A DNA stretch of 32,000 bases from an uncultured Methanosarcinales archaeon (GTDB lineage: Archaea > Nanobdellota > Nanobdellia > Woesearchaeales > CAZPJY01), in NCBI GenBank assembly GCA_964587045.1, contig CAZPJY010000014.1, positions 1 through 32,000 of the forward strand, given 5' to 3'. The notes under the pieces are model-generated. The model had not been told where the DNA came from. It made no database searches and saw only the letters and a program-made list of their open reading frames with translations. The position numbers were made by a program, and so were the translations under genes. Positions 6,989-14,788 of the stretch are shown here, in pieces; positions within the stretch are counted from its first letter, which is position 1; the number at the start of each line of letters is the position of its first letter.

Positions 6989-7492
6989 ATGGACCAGGAT
7001 AGAAGCCTTGAGCAGGCGATCAACGATACAGGCATGGGCGTGGCCCTAGCAGCCGTTGTCTATGGCACCAGGTACAAGTTTGCGCCATACATCGCTAAAC
7101 TGATCGGTAACGTTGACCTGAAGGTAAGCATCGACCATTTTTGGGGCATGGCATCAGTACCAATTATAGCTAAGGGAGTAGGAGGCCTGGTCGAGCACGC
7201 CTTCCGGAATGATTCTGACCATAGAATTGGGAAGTTCGCAAATACCCTGATCCAGACTGCGTTTATTGGTTCAGCATTCCTGCTGCAGACTGTCGGCTGG
7301 GAGATGCTGACCCAGCCGGGTCGTAGGGGATACACCCAGTGGGAGCAGGTCGCCGCAGACTGCCTCGGGCTCGCCGCAGGGATTGGGATAGCGCATTACG
7401 ATTCAGCCAAGAAGCATCTCGGAAGTTACGCCTCGAGGTTGGGCGGACAGCTCCGCAAGGTCAAGGACTCCCTCCATCCCGCTGATTTCTGA
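6989..7492 (+). CDS. Hypothetical integral membrane protein (167 aa, about 4 hydrophobic segments)
   Basis: Hydrophobic stretches: GMGVALAAVVYG, MASVPIIAKGVGGLV, LIQTAFIGSAFLLQTVGW and CLGLAAGIGIA. ATG 6989 is preferred over TTG 6977 because of the TATA spacing. Confidence 0.5.
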   Translation: MDQDRSLEQAINDTGMGVALAAVVYGTRYKFAPYIAKLIGNVDLKVSIDHFWGMASVPIIAKGVGGLVEHAFRNDSDHRIGKFANTLIQTAFIGSAFLLQTVGWEMLTQPGRRGYTQWEQVAADCLGLAAGIGIAHYDSAKKHLGSYASRLGGQLRKVKDSLHPADF

Positions 7493-7498
7493 AAAGAC

Positions 7499-9508
7499 TC
7501 ACTCCTGCATGATCTCAAATATGTGGCATTCGCCAGGTTCGAGCACGACAGTCAGGAAAGGAGTGGTGCGTTCGTAGAAGCTGTCCTTGAGCAGGTCCTT
7601 TAGAACATAAGGCTTGGAGAAGTCGTAGCCCTCAAGCTCAGGTAGGTCAATCTTCACGTGATCTGCCCTGGCGTTGACGTCCAGGTTTACCACAACCAGG
7701 CAGGTCTGGCGTCTATCAGAACCGTTGTAGTTCCGCAGGAAAGCGAAGATCTGGGCTTGATGCGTGACGCCCTGCTCTGACATGACAAAATGGTAAGAGC
7801 CCTTTTGGAAGGCTACATTATCATTCCTGATGCTGTTGATACTGCCCAGGAATTCAGAAATGTTGTTTGGCGAATCCCAGTTGATCGGGGTGTAGGATAG
7901 GACGCTTACGTTCTTGTGTTCGACGACCTCGTATCCGTTGTGCAGCATAGGTATGCCCGGAAGCAGGGCTGTCAGCACCCACCTGCTCTTGTTGAGCCTG
8001 ACGTCAGACTTGTCCGAGTGAAGCAGGTCCTTGAATTTCTCAGGCAGCCTCATGTGATCATGGCATTCAGGGAACTGCATCCACCACGAGCCCCTGGGGA
8101 AGAACTCGCCTGAGATGTTGTAGGCGTAGTCCAGGTACCCCTTGAGCGACTCGACATTGTGTATCTTCCAGGCAAAGTCCCCGTTGAGGCAGTCGATCCC
8201 GCACTCCTGCAGCTCGAAAACGTCATTTACATAAGTCTCGCCAATGAACAGGATGTCTGCAGATAATGGGGCCACGTCCTGGTCGGCCGGATTCCTCTTG
8301 TTGTTGGAGCAGACCTTCTCCGCATACCTCCTTGTCTCCTCTATGGCCTCGTGCCAGAAGTTCGGCGGCACGGCGTATGCGACGTCGAGGCGGAAACCGT
8401 CCACTCCGTAGTTCTTGATCCAGTACTTCAGGACGTTTTTAAAGTACTCTCTCATCTCCCTGATGCGCGGGTTCCTGGGAGGCTCGTTTTCAGCCGGCGC
8501 GTAGCGGAAGTTCCAGTTGATCTGGGCACAGTCCTTCCAGAATATGTCGTGGTCGAAAGGCGAGAAGGCGTGTTCTGGCTTGCCCCAGTACAGGTCGGAG
8601 TTCGGACCGTCAGGGTAGAGGTAAGGCCCCTCCAAAGAGTGTGGGAACCTCTTGTAGAGGAACCATTCAGGATGTATCCTCTGGATGAACGAGTCCTTAG
8701 CGGTGTGGTCAAATACCATGTCGAGGATGACCCTGATTCCCCTCATGTGACAAGTTTTCACGAACCTCTTAAACTCGTGGTACTGGTCGGTGTCAGGCAT
8801 CTCCTCATTGAGCCCGAGCTCTGGATCTATCGACTTGTACTCCTTGAGGGAATACACCGAGCCCGGAAGAAGGTAGGACGGCAGGCTGTTGGTCTCATCT
8901 TGGTAATGGTACAAGTCTCCGACCTTCTGTATGGGGTTGAGATAAATCGCGCCGATCCCGAGGTTGGCTAGCCTGGGCATGGCCTTAATCAGGTCGTTGA
9001 AGGTACCTCCCTCCCCAGGCCGTATGATTCCGTCCTTGTTGTCGTCCCTAGCGCCGAACTGCCTGACGAAAGCGTTGTAGATGATGGTATCGGAAAGCCA
9101 GGAAGGCTCGACGTAAATAGGATTCACCTTCCTTTTGGCAAAGCTCCTGTTCTCGCCGCCCCACCAGTTCCACACTGCCTCGCTCTTCAATCTGTAACGG
9201 ATTGAGAACTCGTAGAAGCCCGCCCTCGAAGGCGTGATGGTCCTCTTGAAGAAAAGGAAGTCGCCTTCCCTCTTGTAAAACCTCAGGACAGCGGCGTACT
9301 CAGGCCTGGTGCCCGGCTCTTTTGGGCTGATCCTCTCAAACTCCTTGCAGGGGATGTTGGTCCAGATCTCGGGCCTGAATCTCGATATGAAATCCTCGGG
9401 CGACTCTTCAAGCCCGCTCACCTCAATCGTCATGAAGAAGGTAAGCGGCTCTAATGATAGCACCTTGGTCAGAACGTCAGGATAGACCTGCACCACGTCG
9501 ATATGCAA
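7499..9508 (-). CDS. GH13 (alpha-amylase superfamily) alpha-glucan-active enzyme with GlgE-like sequence signatures
   Basis: 669 aa. GH13 regions: DMVFDHTAKD (I), GFRLDVAYAVPPNFW (II), LFIGETY (III), FPECHDH (IV). HPEWF and the R-L-D-x5-P-x2-FW spacing resemble maltosyltransferase GlgE more than classic amylases. The TTG start at 9508 follows the SD GAGGTGGTG (9511-9519). Confidence 0.8.
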   Translation of the reverse strand: MHIDVVQVYPDVLTKVLSLEPLTFFMTIEVSGLEESPEDFISRFRPEIWTNIPCKEFERISPKEPGTRPEYAAVLRFYKREGDFLFFKRTITPSRAGFYEFSIRYRLKSEAVWNWWGGENRSFAKRKVNPIYVEPSWLSDTIIYNAFVRQFGARDDNKDGIIRPGEGGTFNDLIKAMPRLANLGIGAIYLNPIQKVGDLYHYQDETNSLPSYLLPGSVYSLKEYKSIDPELGLNEEMPDTDQYHEFKRFVKTCHMRGIRVILDMVFDHTAKDSFIQRIHPEWFLYKRFPHSLEGPYLYPDGPNSDLYWGKPEHAFSPFDHDIFWKDCAQINWNFRYAPAENEPPRNPRIREMREYFKNVLKYWIKNYGVDGFRLDVAYAVPPNFWHEAIEETRRYAEKVCSNNKRNPADQDVAPLSADILFIGETYVNDVFELQECGIDCLNGDFAWKIHNVESLKGYLDYAYNISGEFFPRGSWWMQFPECHDHMRLPEKFKDLLHSDKSDVRLNKSRWVLTALLPGIPMLHNGYEVVEHKNVSVLSYTPINWDSPNNISEFLGSINSIRNDNVAFQKGSYHFVMSEQGVTHQAQIFAFLRNYNGSDRRQTCLVVVNLDVNARADHVKIDLPELEGYDFSKPYVLKDLLKDSFYERTTPFLTVVLEPGECHIFEIMQE

Positions 9509-9548
9509 AACACCACCTCTTTCATGATAGAATATGACGGAGGCCTAT

Positions 9549-10556
9549 TTATAAGTTGCGGTTAGCGAATCTCTCAAAGTCATCAGGGGATAGGTGCCTG
9601 TAGTCCATCGGCGAATCCACATCGTTCTCAAGCTCTGCACCTGCCTTGCTGATGTTGAACTTGATGCCGAAGCCGAAATCGACGCCGAACTTCCTCCCAA
9701 GCACATCCTTAGCCTCGTGCACGGCGTTGTCGATGTCCAGACGATCGGCGAAGTAGTCGGCGATAAGCCCCCACTTGCCGTACCTGGTGAGCGTGTACGC
9801 CACGGTGCCGATTGCCGCAAGGAGCTTCCGGGTGCCGTAGATGAAGTCAGGGATTTCGCTGTCGAAAAAGGAGTCAGTTTCCTCGCACTTCTCGAACGTG
9901 AAGGTGTTGGCGACCCTAACGTTCCTACTCACGCCACCATCCCTCACAGGAATCCACATCTTGTACTCGTCATGCTTGGCAAACCTCATGAGGAGCCTGT
10001 CAAGCGTGCCGGGACTCTCGAGCTGGTCGTACCTGACCATCCTGTTGGGGAATTGGCTGTTCCTAGCGACGTTCTTGTACTCTGCAAGGCTGAAGACCAG
10101 CCTGGTCGGCTCCCCATCCACGTCGGGCCTGCCCAGCAGCGCGTTGCTCTCGTCGTACAGCATCCGAACATGCTCGGGCTTGAGCATCGGCAGGTCCCCG
10201 TACCAGACATGTCCCCTATCCCCATATTCGAGCTGGGAATAGAAGTCCTTGATATTCTTGCCGACGTCGAAGCTCATCTGGTGCACTCTGAGGCCGCCGT
10301 ACAGGCGCGTGTCGATGTTTTCAGCGATGTCGAAGATGTCGTTGTATATGTGGATATCAGAAAATATTGACGACCCACTGACAGCGTCGAGAACGTACTG
10401 TATTATTGGTTTGCCCTTAAGGGGCAGGATGTACTTGTTGATGTTGAAGAAGACGACATCCCCGTCGTTACTCTTTGCCAGCCTACGCTTCTTCTTCTCA
10501 ACTTCCTTTTCTGTGTAGACGCACCAACCTCCGAATATCGCTGCGATATCTGCCAT
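9549..10556 (-). CDS. Hypothetical protein with an N-terminal nucleotidyltransferase (MobA/GT-A-like) signature
   Basis: 335 aa. AAIFGGW...ILPLKGKPIIQYVLDAV...GDLPMLKPEHV resembles the NTP-transferase fold (AGG-like loop, K-G-kPli, D-x-P). The C-terminal half is unrecognised. TTTAAATA (10581-10588) lies 25 nt upstream of the ATG. Confidence 0.4.
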   Translation of the reverse strand: MADIAAIFGGWCVYTEKEVEKKKRRLAKSNDGDVVFFNINKYILPLKGKPIIQYVLDAVSGSSIFSDIHIYNDIFDIAENIDTRLYGGLRVHQMSFDVGKNIKDFYSQLEYGDRGHVWYGDLPMLKPEHVRMLYDESNALLGRPDVDGEPTRLVFSLAEYKNVARNSQFPNRMVRYDQLESPGTLDRLLMRFAKHDEYKMWIPVRDGGVSRNVRVANTFTFEKCEETDSFFDSEIPDFIYGTRKLLAAIGTVAYTLTRYGKWGLIADYFADRLDIDNAVHEAKDVLGRKFGVDFGFGIKFNISKAGAELENDVDSPMDYRHLSPDDFERFANRNL

Positions 10557-10647
10557 TCCGGCCGGTGAGCATTTAGGCTTTATTTAAATGTTATCTAGAA
10601 AGTTTTTTATAATTCAGCACAAGGATATGCGGGGTGGGGGTGTTATA

Positions 10648-11700
10648 ATGAAAAAGTCATTGGTATTAGTAATTCTGGTATTGCTGCTCGCAGCATCGGC
10701 CTTGGCTGTGACAGGACCAAAAACCTTCAACGGCAAGAGCTACTACGTCGTGACCTCGACGGACCAGACTGAGGATTCAGGTAACGAGGTCTGCACCAAG
10801 ATGGGGATGAAGTGCGTGGGCTACACCGAGCCTACCACTGCGGTGTGCAAGCTGTTCCACCCTGGAGCCGCGGACACATCAAGCATGTCAGGAGACCTTT
10901 CTGGGGTGTACTGCAACGGAGCGCCGCAGAGCGGCGTCTGCGCTGCTGAGACTGACACCTGTCACGCATGTCCCGCGTGCACTAACACCGTGAGCTGCTC
11001 GACCGCGATAGGAGGGCTCTACATGGAGATGTACGTCGAGTGCGCTTCGGGATCCTGCAAGATCAATATAGTATCTCAGAACACGCAGGACTTCTTCAAG
11101 GAGATACCCAGCCTGAACGCCCAGCTCCAGGGCTGCCCTGTCGCTCTTCCAAAAGGCACAGGTTTGGTGCTGGCAAACGGCATAACCCAGGTGAATGTCG
11201 CCATGAATACAGGAGCGATCCAGGGGTTCTACCTAACGGTCTCGAATGGCCTGATAACTGGCATTGCGGCAGGCACCTCGTCGTGCAAGCAGCGGCTCGC
11301 GATGATGGAGTCGGACCTTGACACCATCCTTTTAAGCAGCAACCAGCTGGGCACGGTGTCGTCGATGATCGCAAGCAAGAAGATTGGAATAAGCGGCTGC
11401 AAGCTGCTCACCAAGATAAAGCTCGCCATCATCAAGCCTGTAATCAACTATATTGCCAAGAAGCAGGCTCCTCCGACCCCGCCGCCACCAAAGCCCCCAC
11501 CCAACTGCGGCCAAATCGGCGAGCAGTGCAACAACAGGGCGTGCTGGTCTGGCATGTGCGGAGCTCCCAAGGAGTTCGTCAACGGGCAGTGGAGGTATGT
11601 CAACTACCGCTGCATAACCCAGGCGGAATACACTGCCAACTGCATCGGACAAGGCAATACTCCTCCGGCTTGGAGCTGTCTGGTTGGTCCATGCCAGTAA
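10648..11700 (+). CDS. Secreted cysteine-rich protein with a proline-rich linker and a C-terminal disulfide-knot-like module
   Basis: ATG 10648 follows the SD GGGGTGGGGGTG. Signal peptide MKKSLVLVILVLLLAASALA. I count 22 Cys. The linker is QAPPTPPPPKPPPN. The final approx. 65 aa carry 8 Cys (NCGQIGEQCNNRACWSGMCG...). There is no C-terminal membrane anchor. Confidence 0.65.
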   Translation: MKKSLVLVILVLLLAASALAVTGPKTFNGKSYYVVTSTDQTEDSGNEVCTKMGMKCVGYTEPTTAVCKLFHPGAADTSSMSGDLSGVYCNGAPQSGVCAAETDTCHACPACTNTVSCSTAIGGLYMEMYVECASGSCKINIVSQNTQDFFKEIPSLNAQLQGCPVALPKGTGLVLANGITQVNVAMNTGAIQGFYLTVSNGLITGIAAGTSSCKQRLAMMESDLDTILLSSNQLGTVSSMIASKKIGISGCKLLTKIKLAIIKPVINYIAKKQAPPTPPPPKPPPNCGQIGEQCNNRACWSGMCGAPKEFVNGQWRYVNYRCITQAEYTANCIGQGNTPPAWSCLVGPCQ

Positions 11701-11725
11701 ATTTTTTTTTCTTATTTCTCTTCAT
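11701..11725 (+). terminator. Oligo-T archaeal-type terminator after the Cys-rich gene
   Basis: ATTTTTTTTTCTTATTTCTCTTC follows the TAA stop directly and contains a T9 run at 11702-11710. Confidence 0.45.
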
Positions 11726-11767
11726 CAAGGAAAATCCTTAAATAAGAGAAGGTGGTTTTAGAAGTTG

Positions 11768-12979
11768 ATGATTCTGCTTAAGAATTATGAGAGCACTGTT
11801 GGCAAGGAAGTGATTGGGAGGATAGAGAGGCGCGCCGCAAAGCTCAAAGGCCGCCATATAGTTGCTATCAGCTCTACCTACCAGGGTGGAGGCGTAGCCG
11901 AGATGCTCAACAGCATGGTGGTTCTATTCAACCAGATGGGGATCAGGTTCGGGTGGCGGATCCTGCACGGCTCCCCTGACTTCTTCACAGTGACCAAGAA
12001 GTTCCACAACGCCTTACAGGGTGGTGGGTTACACCTTTCAGAGAACAAGAAGCATGTCTACCTCTCGAACAACGAGCGTTATTCGACCTTCACGCATCTC
12101 GGCCACGAGCTGGTCATAGTCCATGACCCCCAGCCCCTTCCGATTATTTCCTACTATGACAAGAAGCAGCCGTGGGTGTGGCGCTGCCACGTTGACCTCT
12201 CGAAGCCGAACCCAGAGCTGTTCAGGTATCTCAGGCACTTCATCAACATGTACGACAGAGTTGTAATTAGTCATAAGGACTACAAGCAGGATTTAAGGCC
12301 TAGACAAGACATTATCATGCCTGCGATAGACCCGCTTTCCAACAAGAACAAGCGCCTGCAGTCCAGGACCATCGCCAAGTTCTTGGGCAAGCACCACATA
12401 AGGGGTCACAGGCCCATAATCGCCCAGATATCGAGGTTCGACAAGTGGAAGGATCCGTTAGGGGTGATCGACGTTTTCGAAAGGGTCAGGGAGAATGTGG
12501 ACTGCCGTCTGGTGCTCCTGGGCAACCTTGCAACTGACGATCCCGAAGGTCTGCCGCTTTTCCACAAGGTGGAGGAGAAGGCCAGGAGGTCCAAGTTTGC
12601 TAGCGACATCCACATCATCTGCGAGGACAACACCATACTCGTAAACGCGCTGCAGAGGACCGCGAGTGTCGTGATCCAGAAGAGCCTCAAGGAGGGCTTC
12701 GGCCTTACTGTCACCGAGGCCATGTGGAAGGGAACGCCTGTTGTGGCGAGCAGCATAGGCGGCATCCCCCTGCAGATAACTGACGGCGTGACAGGCTTCC
12801 TGCACAAACCCAAGGACAAGCGGGGCTTTGCGCGGAGTATCGAGTACCTGCTCACCCACGAGTCTGAAAGGAAGGAGATGGGCCATAAGGCAAGGGAGCA
12901 TGTCAGGGAGAACTTCCTGATAACCAGACTTATTGAGGACTGGCTCAAACTGATCAGCGACATGCTGGGTGTTAAGTGA
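11768..12979 (+). CDS. treT: Trehalose glycosyltransferring synthase-like GT4 glycosyltransferase
   Basis: The N terminus GRHIVAISSTYQGGGVAEMLNSMVVLFNQMGIRFGWRILHGSPDFFTVTKKFHNALQG matches the TreT-type signature. The C-terminal GT-B motif is EGFGLTVTEAMWKGTPVVAS. ATG 11768 (TTG 11765 is an alternative) lies 22 nt after CCTTAAATAAG. Confidence 0.75.
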   Translation: MILLKNYESTVGKEVIGRIERRAAKLKGRHIVAISSTYQGGGVAEMLNSMVVLFNQMGIRFGWRILHGSPDFFTVTKKFHNALQGGGLHLSENKKHVYLSNNERYSTFTHLGHELVIVHDPQPLPIISYYDKKQPWVWRCHVDLSKPNPELFRYLRHFINMYDRVVISHKDYKQDLRPRQDIIMPAIDPLSNKNKRLQSRTIAKFLGKHHIRGHRPIIAQISRFDKWKDPLGVIDVFERVRENVDCRLVLLGNLATDDPEGLPLFHKVEEKARRSKFASDIHIICEDNTILVNALQRTASVVIQKSLKEGFGLTVTEAMWKGTPVVASSIGGIPLQITDGVTGFLHKPKDKRGFARSIEYLLTHESERKEMGHKAREHVRENFLITRLIEDWLKLISDMLGVK

Positions 12980-13050
12980 GCCCGGAGGGATTCGAACCCC
13001 CGTCAATCGGTCCGAAGCCGACCGCACTATCCAGGCTATGCTACGGGCCC
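12977..13050 (-). tRNA. tRNA-Arg (anticodon UCG), no intron, CCA not encoded
   Basis: The reverse complement reads GGGCCCGTAGCATAGCCTGGATAGTGCGGTCGGCTTCGGACCGATTGACGGGGGTTCGAATCCCTCCGGGCTCA. Anticodon stem is GTCGG/CCGAT with loop CTTCGGA (TCG at 13015-13013). T loop is TTCGAAT. The 3' end overlaps the treT stop codon by 3 nt on the opposite strand. Confidence 0.9.
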
Positions 13051-13075
13051 ATGTGGGATGGTGTTATCGTCCGGG

Positions 13076-13086
13076 CTTTATAAAAG
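13076..13086 (-). promoter_or_regulatory. TATA box (palindromic TTTATAAA core) for tRNA-Arg
   Basis: The core at 13077-13084 lies 27-34 nt upstream of the tRNA 5' end at 13050. Confidence 0.4.
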
Positions 13087-13148
13087 TTGCTACCCTCTGT
13101 CGAGGTCCAAGAAGAAGCTTTAATAATAGATGATTTTCCCCTCCTTGC

Positions 13149-13442
13149 ATGTCTGAGATATTTGTCAATGAGCGTGGAGATGTCAGGTGCTACACACTAA
13201 TCCCCTCTTTCGTCTTCAAGCTGCTATCTGACCAGAAATTGAAAGGCATGTACGATAAGGCCATGAACCAGGCGAGAGGGGATTACTCCGATCCCATGGT
13301 TGTCGCAATTGACTTCGATGACATCGCCCGCGCCACCGTCATGCTGGAAAAGGAGATGGTAAGGAGGGGCTTTGAAAAGAAGCCGCTGAGCCAAAGCAAA
13401 CCGGAAGTCTATGCCTCAGACGTGTGGAAATCGTACTGCTAG
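13149..13442 (+). CDS. Hypothetical protein (97 aa)
   Basis: The ORF has a TATA-like GCTTTAATAATAG (13117-13129) 20 nt upstream of the ATG. No recognisable motif. Confidence 0.45.
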   Translation: MSEIFVNERGDVRCYTLIPSFVFKLLSDQKLKGMYDKAMNQARGDYSDPMVVAIDFDDIARATVMLEKEMVRRGFEKKPLSQSKPEVYASDVWKSYC

Positions 13443-13560
13443 CATCATTTCTTGAAAGGGTCCTCACCGTACCCTATCCAGATCCATTCGGCCTTCTTCC
13501 TCCTGATGGATAGCATGTCCTTCAGGCTATTTACAACGTGTGTAAGAATCCTCATCCCAT

Positions 13561-13845
13561 TCACTTCTTTGCCAGTGTTATGTCGATGGTTGAAACTCGG
13601 ACCTGTCGGCCCTCTTTGTTTTCAAATTCTTCCGAGTCGATCTTGATGTCAGTTACCACAACAGTGTTGTCGAGGAATCTCTTGCAAGACACTTCTGCCA
13701 CGTCGACTGCGCGCGATATGAACTTGCCTCTCGCCTTGATGATCACTTCATCTGCGTTCTTTGTAGTAAACTGCATCACTACACCGGTGACGTAGTTCAT
13801 GAAAGGCTTGCCACCGATGAATATCGAGTTGTCCTTGGTAGTCAT
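13561..13845 (-). CDS. albA: Alba (Sac10b family) DNA/RNA-binding chromatin protein
   Basis: 94 aa. NSIFIGGKPFMNYVTGVVMQF...EVIIKARGKFISRAVDVAEV...ITLAKK is the typical Alba sequence and length. Confidence 0.9.
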   Translation of the reverse strand: MTTKDNSIFIGGKPFMNYVTGVVMQFTTKNADEVIIKARGKFISRAVDVAEVSCKRFLDNTVVVTDIKIDSEEFENKEGRQVRVSTIDITLAKK

Positions 13846-13848
13846 AGC

Positions 13849-13859
13849 GGATCACCCCC
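13849..13859 (-). promoter_or_regulatory. Extended Shine-Dalgarno site (GGGGGTGATCC) for albA
   Basis: An 11-nt element lies 3 nt from ATG 13845. GGTGATCC is complementary to the conserved archaeal 16S rRNA 3' end. Confidence 0.5.
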
Positions 13860-13901
13860 TGCCCGCTGTCTTCACTGGTATGCCAAAGGGTGTTCCTGGG
13901 G

Positions 13902-13913
13902 CCTATTTAAATC
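13902..13913 (-). promoter_or_regulatory. TATA box (GATTTAAATAGG) for albA; predicts a 5' UTR of about 35 nt
   Basis: Consensus motif about 57 nt upstream of the ATG. This is consistent with an SD-led rather than a leaderless transcript. Confidence 0.4.
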
Positions 13914-13973
13914 TTGTTGTTGCGGAATGGTGAAAAACGCGGAGAATGCGGAATTCTTACCTTTCAGCGCTTC

Positions 13974-14759
13974 TCAATACAGTTCCATCAGCAGCTTTTT
14001 TGCTGCCAGCAGGGTGATGTTTCCATTGTCTTTTCGCGGGTTGTACTCGACCAGGTCGAACATGCCAATGTTCTTGAGCCTCTTTAACCTGTAGATGAAT
14101 CGCAGCAGCTCGCGCGTGGTCATCCCACCAGCCTCAGGATGGCCTGTTCCCGGAGCGAATGCGGGATCAAGCACGTCTATGTCTATGGAAACGTACGCAG
14201 ACTCCCAGCCGCGAGCGATCGACATGACCGCCTCGCATACCTCATCGACGCCTTCCCTGGCGATTTCAGGCATGCCGAACACCTTGAGTCCGTGCGTTCT
14301 GGAAAACTCCAGCTCCTTTACGCTCCAGTTCCTGGTGCCCACAATTACTACCTTCTTTGGGTCAAGCACGCCTTTTTCAATGAGCGCTGCCAGGTAGGCC
14401 TCGTGGGTCGGGGGCTGGAAGTCGGCCTGCAGGTCGGGGTGCGCGTCAAAGACTATCAGCCCGGCCTGGGGATGCTTACTAGCGAAGGCTACGAAAGAGG
14501 AGTAGGTTATTGAGTGGTCGCCTCCGACCAGGACTAAAGGTGAACCAAGAGCTGCTAAAACAGCCTTCCTGATGGACTCATGGCTAGCGTCGATCTCAGA
14601 GTTCCTCACCTCTGCCTCCCTCCATTCGAACAAGGGGTACTGGTTGTGCTCGGTCAGGTGTGGTTGGCCCAGGGATGCCTGAATCTTGTCCGGGCCCTCC
14701 TCGCAACCGTCTGTCTTGCCCAGGCCTCCTGCAGAGAAAGGCACCTTAAGTATTATCAT
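13974..14759 (-). CDS. Ureohydrolase of the arginase/agmatinase/formiminoglutamase family
   Basis: 261 aa. Metal-binding motifs: GGDHSITY, FDAHPD, SIDIDVLDP and EYNP. ATTTATAC (14782-14789) lies 23 nt upstream of the ATG and overlaps the upstream gene's TAA. Confidence 0.8.
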   Translation of the reverse strand: MIILKVPFSAGGLGKTDGCEEGPDKIQASLGQPHLTEHNQYPLFEWREAEVRNSEIDASHESIRKAVLAALGSPLVLVGGDHSITYSSFVAFASKHPQAGLIVFDAHPDLQADFQPPTHEAYLAALIEKGVLDPKKVVIVGTRNWSVKELEFSRTHGLKVFGMPEIAREGVDEVCEAVMSIARGWESAYVSIDIDVLDPAFAPGTGHPEAGGMTTRELLRFIYRLKRLKNIGMFDLVEYNPRKDNGNITLLAAKKLLMELY

Positions 14760-14788
14760 TTTTTGCCCGTAAGAAAAGGTAGTATAAA

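Noticed and set aside
2903-7498. Assembly chimera or bacterial contamination as the explanation for the TolC-like/OMP-like island.
   Set aside because: I do not adopt this as the primary explanation. The island genes use the same TATA motif and spacing as lonB and other archaeal genes. Their composition does not visibly differ from the flanks. Both junctions are ordinary short spacers shared with neighbouring genes. It cannot be excluded without read-level evidence, so it is listed as the main refutation test.
8351-8971. Long antisense ORFs inside strong genes. Examples: 8351-8971 and 7916-8113 in GH13, 9594-10370 in the NTP-transferase-like gene, 12406-13027 in treT, 26309-26977 in SBDS, and 30068-30631 in lonB.
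   Set aside because: Each lies opposite a gene with clear family motifs. Their translations are Arg/Pro/Ser/Leu-rich with no motifs. One (12458-13027) even crosses tRNA-Arg. This is typical stop-codon depletion on the antisense strand of moderately GC-rich coding sequence.
13474-13536. A possible small RNA or terminator hairpin between the convergent genes: a 7-bp stem CTATCCA/TGGATAG (13474-13480 / 13507-13513) plus a TATA-like TTGTAAATAG on the minus strand (13527-13536).
   Set aside because: The stem is short with a 26-nt loop. The TATA-like element deviates from the consensus. No ORF or recognisable RNA motif follows it. The evidence from sequence alone is insufficient.
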